Part shown: positions 1 to 7,594 of the stretch, piece after piece
Layout: each line of letters opens with the position of its first letter
How positions within the stretch are numbered: position 1 is the first letter of the stretch
Assembly (NCBI RefSeq): GCF_006345805.1
Contig: NW_021827871.1
Coordinates: 1-9,724, forward strand
Length of the DNA: 9,724 bases
Direction of reading: 5' to 3'
Source: Octopus sinensis
Lineage: Eukaryota
Notes under the pieces: generated by a model
Told to the model about the DNA's origin: nothing
Seen by the model: only the letters and a program-made list of their open reading frames with translations
Database searches by the model: none
Position numbers and translations under genes: made by a program

Positions 1-12
1 TGTACCTATATA

Positions 13-427
13 GGCGTAAGAGTGGCCATGTGGTAAGTAACTTGCTTACTAACCACATGGTTCCGAGTTCAGTCCCACTGCATGGCACCTTTGGCAAGTG
101 TCTTCTACTATAGACTCGGGTCGATCAAAGCCTTGTGAGTGTATTTGGTAGAGGGAAATTGAAATAGCCCGTCGTATATATGTGTATATATATGTATGTG
201 TATATGTTTGTGTGTCTGTGTTTGTCCCCTCCCCCACATCGCTTGGCAACAGATGCTGGTGTGTTTACGTCCCCGTAACTTAGGGGTTCTGTAAAAGAGA
301 CCGATAGAATAAGTACTAGGCTTACAAAGAATAAGTCCTGGGGTCGATTTGCTCGACTAAAGGCGGTGCTCCAGCATGGCCACAGTCAAATGACTGAAAC
401 AAGTAAATAAGTAAAAGGAAGTAAAAT
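13..427 (+). mobile_element. tRNA-derived SINE, family A, full-length copy A1 (octopus-type)
   Basis: Pol III A box-like TGGCCATGTGG (23-33) and B box-like AGTTCAGTCCC (66-76); internal (TA/TG) microsatellite ~175-220; 3' end CCAGCATGGCCACAGTCAAATGACTGAAACAAGTAAA plus A-rich tail. Colinear with the copy at 7114-7594. Confidence 0.92.
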
Positions 428-584
428 GTATAGGGAACAGCATCAACAATGCGAGAAGTCAAAACAGACGTATATTAGAAAAGTGTGAAGCAGAAACAGC
501 TGGAAGCCAACGGAGTTCATAAGATAATCATTTTTGCCTTTGTCGTCTTTCTTTCTTATTGCCGCTCTATACTCAGCGAACACT

Positions 585-660
585 TCCTTCTGAAACATGT
601 CCCAACATGGTCACAGTCTAATGACTGAAGCAAGTAAAAGATAAAACATGATATATATGG
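585..660 (+). mobile_element. 3'-terminal fragment related to the family A SINE tail
   Basis: CCCAACATGGTCACAGTCTAATGACTGAAGCAAGTAAAAGATAAAA matches the A tail at 371-420. Confidence 0.75.
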
Positions 661-824
661 TTTGGATAAATAAACAACAGAAACTCGCCCCAACGTGAGC
701 GCATGCCGGGATAGATCTTCAGAAGAAGAATTCTTATCCAACAAGTGTTTCGGTCCTTATATGTGACACTCTGCGAGAGTCGGACCCACTCAGGTCATAA
801 TGTCTATGTGTACTTCTGTAAAAA

Positions 825-900
825 TCCTTCTGAAACATGCCCCAGCCTGGCCGCAGTCTATATGAGTGAAAAAAGTAACAGATAGAATAAGATATATGGA
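825..900 (+). mobile_element. Second 3'-terminal fragment related to the family A SINE tail
   Basis: CCCCAGCCTGGCCGCAGTCTATATGAGTGAAAAAAGTAA; shares the upstream TCCTTCTGAAACATG with 585-599. Confidence 0.65.
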
Positions 901-904
901 ATCA

Positions 905-1115
905 TATATATGGAAGACTTAAGTAATATTGGATATTTTTTTGTACGGAAGACGATATGGAAGACGTATTTCATGGCAAAAGTGAGAATGAAATATTTAT
1001 GTATGGAAGATTATTTAGGAAGGACCTATTTTATGAAAGACATGCGTACGAAACATTCATGTGTGGAAGCCTATATAGGGAAGACTCATATAAGAAAGAT
1101 TTATCTATGGAAGAC
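905..1115 (+). repeat. Degenerate ~15-bp minisatellite (TATGGAAGAC core) with a 60-bp higher-order period
   Basis: GGAAGAC-like motifs recur near 911, 946, 958, 974, 989, 1004, 1018, 1034, 1049, 1064, 1078, 1093 and 1108. 961-1020 vs 1021-1080 match at 42/60 positions ungapped (counted by hand). Confidence 0.75.
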
Positions 1116-1194
1116 AAATGAATAGGAGATATACGCACGGTAGATACTTATGTGTGTTATGATGTATGCATGTAACTTATATAGTACTTGTATG

Positions 1195-1338
1195 TATGTC
1201 TGTTTCTGTCTCTGTCTCTGTCTGCCTCTCTCTCTCTCTGTCTCTCTATCTGCCTCTCTTTCTCTCTCTCTCTCTAACCAGTTGTCCTTCAACAGCTGTC
1301 CCATGACGACTAAAGCGGTAGTGATACCTGAGACGTTT
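1195..1338 (+). repeat. (CT)n/CTGTCT tract plus 60-bp unique cassette, copy 1
   Basis: 1279-1338 vs 2051-2110: 56/60 identical; both are preceded by the same style of pyrimidine tract. Confidence 0.9.
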
Positions 1339-1365
1339 CTCCGTAGATTGAGGAAAAAATTACGT

Positions 1366-1413
1366 ACAACCTTAATCAATTTTCGTATCTTATTTAGCTC
1401 TCATCAGTGGTGT
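1366..1413 (-). ncRNA. Degenerate type I hammerhead ribozyme-like motif
   Basis: Minus strand reads ACACCA-CTGATGA-GAGCTAAATAAGATAC-GAAA-ATTGAT-TA-AGGTTGT. Core CUGAUGA/GAAA and the G10.1-C11.1 pair are intact; stems I and II are imperfect. Confidence 0.4.
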
Positions 1414-1961
1414 TTCCATCAGTTTGATCAATCCCAGAGAAACAAGCAACCCATCTGTTTATTTACTCCAACACTTACGCTGGCTACAGATAACCACAGC
1501 AACAAACTGATGTACCGTAGGTGTGAACACTTTGGAAGACCTATATAACAGCACGAAAAACTTACTGACCAAAGATGTATGTGTTGAAGATGAACGTATG
1601 ACAGACGAAATCAGAATCTCTCGTAAAATGATTTTCAAATTATAATCAAATTACCCACGCAAAAAAAAAACCAAATCTTTGTCTTGCGCCTCTTCAATGA
1701 ATAAGAAGAGGTTTAATAGTTTTGACACCCTAAAATACAACCAATCTAAAATTTTCTCAATAGAAATCTCACACTTTCAGCCACCGAAGACTGTGCTTTG
1801 AGTAGGCGGCTAATCGTTTTTATATTCTTTTTCATTTATTGGTTTTTTTTTTCGTTTTTGTCTGTTTCGTTTATTTTTTTGTTGTCAATTAATTAGTGTG
1901 TCTTGTACTGGTGTGTCTTTGTCCATTTATTATGATATTTGCTAATTAAGAAGTTTGTTAC

Positions 1962-2002
1962 TTCTGTCTGTCTGCCTGTCCACCTGTCTGTCTCTGTCTC
2001 TG

Positions 2003-2048
<46 letters not shown>

Positions 2049-2110
2049 AACAGTTGTCCTTCAACAGCTGTCCCACGACGACTAAAACGGTAATGATACC
2101 TCAGACGTTT
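1962..2110 (+). repeat. (CT)n/CTGTCT tract plus 60-bp unique cassette, copy 2
   Basis: Direct duplicate of 1195-1338 at an offset of 772 bp. Confidence 0.9.
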
Positions 2111-2149
2111 TTGTCTAAACACAGAACATTAATTGGCACCCAGTATATT

Positions 2150-2556
2150 GTTGACGTTGTCGTCGTCGTCATCTATCACCCTTCTCCTCCTTCTACTCCT
2201 CCTTGTCATCATCATCACCATCATCATCATCCACATCAACATCATTATTATGGACCATCCTCATTATCGCAATAAAAATCATCATCATCATCATCATCGC
2301 CACCTTTAACATCATCCTCACTGTCACCACAGCCATCCTCCTCTTCCTCATCATCATCATCATCGTCATCATTGTCATCGTCATCATTGTCGTCGTCATC
2401 GTTGTCGTCGGCGTCAACGTGATCGTCACCATCGTCATCAAGTCGACATCATTACCACAACCACCACCATCATCATCATCGTCGTCGTCGTCGTCATCAT
2501 CATCATCATCATCATCATCATCGTCGTCGTCATCGTCGTCGTCGTCGTCGTCGTCA
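2150..2556. repeat. Compound (ATC)n/(GTC)n/(CCT)n trinucleotide microsatellite
   Basis: Directly visible; produces the poly-S/D/I/H pseudo-ORFs. Confidence 0.97.
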
Positions 2557-2560
2557 ACAA

Positions 2561-2778
2561 GGCGGCGAACTGGCTGAATTGCTGCACGCAAGCCGAAATG
2601 CTTAGCAGTATTTCGTCTGTCGCTACGTACTGAGTTCAAATTCCGCCGAGGTTGCCTTTCACCCTTTTTTTGGTGGGGCGGGGTCAATGAATTAAGTACC
2701 AGTGAAAGACTTGAGTCGATGTAATCCACTATCTTCATCCCACCAAATTTCATGCCATATATCTCCATTAGAAACGAT
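2561..2778 (+). mobile_element. tRNA-derived SINE, family B, diverged copy B1 with (ATT)n tail
   Basis: GGCGGCGAACTGGCTGAATT...CGAAATGCTTAGCAGTATTTCGTC...GAGTTCAAATTCCGCCGAGG (B box-like); colinear with 5971-6208 and 6267-6480. Confidence 0.88.
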
Positions 2779-2936
2779 TATCATTATTATTATTATTATT
2801 ATTATTATTGTTGTTGTTGTTGTTGTTGTTGTCGTTGTTGTCGTCGTCGTCATAGTCATCGTCATCATCAACATCATCATCATCATCATTATCATCATCA
2901 TCATTAACATCGTCGTCGTCGTTATTATTATTATTA

Positions 2937-2990
<54 letters not shown>

Positions 2991-3128
2991 TATTATTGGT
3001 GTTGTTGCTACTACTGCTGCTGATGGCGATTTTGATGATGATGATGATGACGATGATGATGATGATGACGACGACGACGACAACGATGATGATGATGTAG
3101 TTTGTGTTGCTGTTATTATTATTTATTA
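2779..3128. repeat. Compound (ATT)/(GTT)/(GTC)/(ATC)/(GAT)/(GAC) microsatellite
   Basis: Directly visible. Confidence 0.97.
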
Positions 3129-3312
3129 ACATATCGTTGTCTTGGTGAACACAAATGAAATGTCTGAAAAATCCGGTTTGCTTTAATGAATTGCGGAAAA
3201 ACGACTTTGTAATTACATTTATTAAAACAATCAGAGGCCAATGTTTATTATAACTCTGATTTCGTTTTCGTCATCACTTCGCAATTGTTCTTGATAAGTT
3301 AAAGGATGACGT

Positions 3313-3364
<52 letters not shown>

Positions 3365-3413
3365 GCACCCCCCCCCCACAACACACACACACCCCCACAC
3401 ACACTCACAAACA
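3313..3413. repeat. (CA)n microsatellite with degenerate C-rich extension
   Basis: Directly visible. Confidence 0.97.
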
Positions 3414-3483
3414 CAGAGAAGACCTGATCGGCAGCAACAAAGTTCTTCTGCTGCACGACAACGCCCGCCCTCATATCGCCAAT
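3414..3483 (+). mobile_element. Mariner (Tc1/mariner DD34D) transposase relic
   Basis: 3442-3483 translates VLLLHDNARPHIAN, the canonical mariner second catalytic-Asp motif. It is preceded (after a 1-nt frameshift) by QRRPDRQ, like the usual KRP...G/K-VLLLHDNARPH context. Confidence 0.85.
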
Positions 3484-3578
3484 CTTCTCCACGTCCCGTC
3501 CCATCCCCCGCCCCACCCCACAAAGTGCAAGCCTTAATTTGTGATAAAACAGCAGGTACCTTACTAATTCAAACGCAT

Positions 3579-3768
3579 GGAAGAAAGAGTGAGAGAAAGT
3601 TGGGTCGAAAGACTACAACAGGGGTCGCCATCACCCTCTGCCGGACCCTCGTGGAGCTTTTAGGTGTTTTCGCTCAATAAACACACACAACGGCCGGTCT
3701 GGGAATCGAAACCGTGATCGTCCGACCGCGAGTCCGCTGCCCTAACCTCTGGGCCATTGCACCTCCAC
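3579..3768 (-). mobile_element. tRNA(Arg-like)-derived SINE, family C, 5' portion only
   Basis: Minus strand GTGGAGGTGCAATGGCCCAGAGGTTAGGGCAGCGGACTCGCGGTCGGACGATCACGGTTTCGATTCCCAGACCGG contains an A box (TGGCCCAGAGG) and a B box (GTTTCGATTCC), followed by a non-tRNA body. Resembles the octopus OR-type SINEs as recalled. Confidence 0.85.
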
Positions 3769-4050
3769 GTCAACTTCGATGTCCCAAATTGCTGTAGCTT
3801 GCACTGCTGTTAAGCAACGGCTTTTGTGTATGTCAATGCGTTTTGTTCGCTTTTACCTCGAAATGTCAGCAGGTTGCCTGATTGGCATAACTAGCGACCT
3901 CATCACTCTGTCCTTGCAAGGCCTGGGCAACAGAAACGATATCTAATCAATTATTTCATTATCCTGAATGTATTGTCTGCACTTGATTCCAATCTCTTGT
4001 TCTATTGTTTTATTTTTTGTAATTATCTGTGGTATTTCTTGTAATTTTAT

Positions 4051-4339
4051 TATGTGAAATGGCAGCAACATATGACAAACGAATGACTTTTGTGGAGCCC
4101 TGCTGAAAGCCAGCGAGAAGATCAGGCGAAGAATGCTGCGACTACCCGGTCACTGCGTGCGCCACCCTGAAATGGAAGCATCCTGATTAGTCTTGTGGAA
4201 GCCACGTCATGGCGATGTAAAATGAGGAAAACGTTGTCTCACTTACATCGACAAATTGGTCGCTGACACAAGTCTGGAGTGCATCCAGGGCCTCGAAGCA
4301 GCGAAGATGGACCGAGAAGTGCAGCGAGTGGACGTCTAA
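4051..4339 (+). mobile_element. Decayed RTE-clade LINE, C-terminal part of the RT ORF
   Basis: Translation YVKWQQHMTNE*L / CGALLKASEKIRRRMLRLPGHCVRHPEMEAS*LVLWKPRHGDVK*GKRCLTYIDKLVADTSLECIQGLEAAKMDREVQRVDV* matches the RTE W..H.TN..L / RRL.aGH..R / LW.P..G....G...TY.D / mDR motif series. One frameshift (~4090) and internal stops (4184, 4223). Confidence 0.9.
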
Positions 4340-4509
4340 TGCAGATCCTCTGTTTCTGCTTTTACTCCAGGGTTTTTGTCTTGTTACATTTTTTTTCTTA
4401 TTTTTATTCTCACTTCTTTGTAGAATATTAAAGTCGTTGGCTGAGCTTTGTGAGAGATTTGACTATTACTTGTAGCAGGCTGTACGACAACAAAAGGGCT
4501 CCGCGGATA

Positions 4510-4630
4510 GAAGAAGAAGAAGAAGAAGAAGAAGAAGAAGAAGAAGAAGAAGAAGAAGAAGAAGAGAAGAAGAAGAAGAAGAAGAAGAAGAAGAAGAAGA
4601 AGAAGAAGAAGAAGAAGAAGAAGAAGAAGA
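4510..4630. repeat. (GAA)n microsatellite, about 40 units with one phase slip
   Basis: Directly visible. Confidence 0.98.
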
Positions 4631-4663
4631 TAAATGTAATCAAGAAAATTGTTGCTTATCGTT

Positions 4664-4885
4664 TGCTTATTTCAGCCATTTGACTTCGGCCATGCTGGGG
4701 CACTGCCCTGAAGAATTTTTAGTCGATAGAATTGTCTTCAGAAATTAATTCTTTTTTTAAGAGAGTTACCAATTCAATCGACCTTTTTCGCGGAGCCACT
4801 AACTTACGGGGGCGCATATAAATGTGTGTGTGTCTGTGAGCGTGTGTGCATGGTGTGTCTGGGAAATATGTGTGTGTATATATAT

Positions 4886-4919
<34 letters not shown>

Positions 4920-5062
4920 CGACGGGCTTCTTTCAGTTTCCGTCTAATAAATCAACGCACAAGGCTTTGATCGGCCCGAAGCTACAGTAGAAGACGCGCA
5001 GTGGTACGAAACTCGGAACCATGTGGTTGGGAAGCAAGCTTCTTACCCCACAGCCACACCTG
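4664..5062 (-). mobile_element. Family A SINE, older rearranged copy A3
   Basis: 4920-5062 is the reverse complement of the A head, with a ~16-bp deletion removing the CCTTGGGCAAGT motif. 4664-4815 is the reverse complement of the diverged A 3' module. A TG/TA tract lies between them. Confidence 0.85.
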
Positions 5063-5379
5063 GTCACTTAAAATCGTTTCTATCAGGCTGAACACAATTC
5101 TGAAACCAAGAGAGGGAGACATTTCTGAAGTTTGCAGGGTCAGGATATGATGCACTTTTAGAGGTTTTAGGTAGGATCCCCTGTTTCCTTTAGTTACCAT
5201 TTTAATTAAGATAGTGGCGTTGCTAACGTCGTTATAGCCGTTCTTATCTACTTGTTTTCTTTTTCTCTTTTATTTTTTTTTTGCTTTCTTTTTATATATA
5301 TGCTGAAGCAGTTCTTTATTTTCTTCTTATTGTTATTAGCTGTCACCTTTTGGCAAATGAAGAAATTGCCATTATCATT

Positions 5380-5460
5380 TGTTCTTGTTGCTGCTTCTGT
5401 TACTACTACTACTACTACCGCTGCTACTGCGGTGGCTGCTATTGTTGTTGTTGTTGTTGA
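5380..5460. repeat. (CTA)/(CTG)/(GTT) microsatellite
   Basis: Directly visible. Confidence 0.9.
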
Positions 5461-5895
5461 AAAGAGGGTGTCATTTGTCTGAAAAACAATTAAATGTCAA
5501 AAATTATGCATTTGACAAGAGAAATCGTCCGAACGTTGTTCAAACGCTGGCATTTATTGAAGCTTAGAGAAAGCACGCCCCCGTCGCCCCCATCGCCCTC
5601 CCAATCTCACCCCCCACGCCCCCACACCCCCCCACCACGCTCGAAATCAATCCAATTTTAATTTAGTAATAGAACCATTATAGAGCAGAGCGTCAAATAG
5701 ATTGTGAGAATTCACTTACAATATTGTCGACTACTTTTAAAATAAATGATGTGTAAGCCGCTTTGATTTCCACTGTTGTAAGTAATAAAACATTCCGGCC
5801 TGGTCGGTGGCGCTCGTGTAGTTTTTCCTGCGCTGAAATAATTATTTTCTTAGTTCCCGCACTTCTATGGCAAACAAAGATGTCATTATTGCGAT

Positions 5896-5968
5896 TACTA
5901 CTACTACTACTACTACTACTACAGCTGCTGCTGCTTCTGCTGCTGCTGCTGTTGTTGTTGCTGTTGTT
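5896..5968. repeat. (CTA)n-(CTG)n-(GTT)n microsatellite
   Basis: Directly visible; immediately precedes SINE B2. Confidence 0.95.
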
Positions 5969-5970
5969 AA

Positions 5971-6208
5971 GGTGGAGAGCTGGCAGAATCGTTAGCACGC
6001 TGGATGAAATGCTTAGCGGTATTTTGTCCATCGCGGCGTTCTGAGTTCAAATTCTGTCGAGGTCGATTTTGCTTTTCATCCTTTCGATGTCGATTTTGCT
6101 TTTCATCCTTTCGAGGTCGATAAATTACGTACCAGTTGCATACTGGATTCGATGTAATTGACTAAACCCTCCCCCTAAGTTTCTGGACTTGTGCCTATGG
6201 TAGAAAAG

Positions 6209-6253
<45 letters not shown>

Positions 6254-6264
6254 TTATTATTATT
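5971..6264 (+). mobile_element. Family B SINE copy B2 with an internal 27-bp duplication and (ATT)n tail
   Basis: A box-like TGGCAGAATCGTTAG and B box-like GAGTTCAAATTC; body ends TAGAAAAGG (~6209), then (ATT)n. Confidence 0.92.
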
Positions 6265-6266
6265 AA

Positions 6267-6479
6267 GGCGGAGCGCTGGCACAATTGCTAGCACGCCGGA
6301 AAAATGCTTAGCGACGTTTCATCCGTCTTTACCTTCTGCGTTCAAATTCCGCCGAAGTCAACTTTGCCTTTCATCCTTTAGGGAATCGGTAAAATAAGTA
6401 CCAGTTGCGTACTGGTTTCGATCTACACGACTGGCCCTCACCCCCCAAAATTTCGAGCCTTGTGCCAAGAGTAGAAAAG

Positions 6480-6535
<56 letters not shown>

Positions 6536-6554
6536 TATAATTATAATAATAATA

Positions 6555-6606
<52 letters not shown>
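6267..6606 (+). mobile_element. Family B SINE copy B3 with a long (ATT)n tail
   Basis: Colinear with B2; body 6267-6480, tail 6481-6606. Confidence 0.92.
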
Positions 6607-6609
<3 letters not shown>

Positions 6610-6761
6610 GTTTGACTTTTGCTTTATGTCTGTACAAGTTGGCTCCGAGTCTCACCCAGAGACCTCAAGAGACAACAGGTTGGAAGTTCACGTTGTTGTT
6701 ATGCTTAGTGTGCCATATATTTGGGGGGGGGGTTGTACTAGTAAATGTCTAATACATAAAT
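6607..6761 (-). mobile_element. Probable 3' UTR of an R4-clade (Dong/Rex6-like) non-LTR retrotransposon, severely 5'-truncated
   Basis: Minus strand ends ...GTCTCTTGAGGTCTCTGGGTGAGACTCGGAGCCAACTTGTACAGACATAAAGCAAAAGTCAAACAT-(AAT)n and has (TAA)n on both sides, the known Dong target. The family call rests on recall; no coding sequence is present. Confidence 0.55.
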
Positions 6762-7113
6762 TTATTATTATTATTATTATTATTTATTTATTTATTGTTT
6801 TTGATTGTTGTTTCTGTTATTCTTGTTTTCGTGATATTCTCACAATCATTTTATATTTCTTGCTATACGTTGGCTAAACTTAATTTCGAAACTCTGTCAT
6901 GTGTTTTCCAAGAATTCAAAAAATGTTCCAAGAATACTTTCTACGGGAGGAAATGACAGGTTGATTGCTTCTTTGTTGTTTGTTGTTGTCGTTTTGGTAT
7001 GTAACTCCAGGTAGGCCTTGATGAAGCTTTGAGATCGCCACCAGCTTTTACTTCTGTTTGTCAGCAACTATACCGGACAGTGGCTATTCCTTTAAGAAAA
7101 TGGCAACCATATA

Positions 7114-7282
7114 GGCGCAGGAGTGGCTGTGTGGTAAGTGGCTTGCTTACCAACCACATGGTTTTGGGTTCATTCCAACTGCGTGGCACCTTGGGCAAGT
7201 GTCTTCTACTATAGCCTCAGGCCGACCAAAGCCTTGTGAGTGGATTTGGTAGACGGAAACTGAAAGAAACCCGTCGAATATA

Positions 7283-7335
<53 letters not shown>

Positions 7336-7594
7336 TATATATATATACGTATGTGTATGTTTGTATGTAGTGTGTGTGTATAATGTTTGTGTGTCTGTGT
7401 TTGTCCCTCCACCGTCACTTGACAACCGATGCTGGTGTGTTTACGTCCCCGTAACTTAGCGGCTCGGCAAAAGAGACCGATAGAATAAGTACTATGCTTA
7501 CAAATAATAAGTCCTGGGATCGATTTGTTCGAATAAAGGCGGTGCTCCAGCATGGCTACAGTCAAATGACTGAAACAAGTAAAAGAGTAAAAGA
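7114..7594 (+). mobile_element. Family A SINE, full-length copy A2 with expanded internal (TA)n
   Basis: A box-like TGGCTGTGTGG, B box-like GGTTCATTCC, GGCACCTTGGGCAAGT motif, (TA)n ~7278-7347, and a 3' end almost identical to A1. Confidence 0.93.

Noticed and set aside
905-1115. Possible CRISPR-like array
   Set aside because: Units are degenerate and abutting with no unique spacers, no cas genes are present, and the context is eukaryotic.
1307-1319. CGACTAAAGCGGT resembling SINE A CGACTAAAGGCGGT
   Set aside because: The match is too short and the flanks do not align, so it cannot be distinguished from chance.
1955-3132. Long ORFs (106-191 aa) with poly-D/S/I/M/H runs
   Set aside because: These are translations of trinucleotide microsatellites and SINE B1; no domain or splice context.
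3150-3260. Possible mariner terminal region (TGTCTGAAAAATCC...)
   Set aside because: Only vague resemblance; no partner TIR and no translatable transposase.
3695-3768. Possible tRNA-Arg gene on the minus strand
   Set aside because: No convincing acceptor stem, and it continues into a SINE body. The same applies to the family A and B heads.
4428-4683. Poly-E/K and poly-F/S ORFs
   Set aside because: Read-through of (GAA)n.
5078-5176. Possible exon (TTCTATCAG ... GTAGGA)
   Set aside because: The two frames checked hit stops, the pyrimidine tract is weak, and no peptide is recognisable.
5575-5640. C-rich tract, potential G-quadruplex on the minus strand
   Set aside because: Low-complexity DNA with no promoter or other context to suggest function.
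5252-6877. Hydrophobic poly-L/I 'membrane protein' ORFs
   Set aside because: Products of (CTG), (CTA) and (ATT) repeats and of SINE B sequence.
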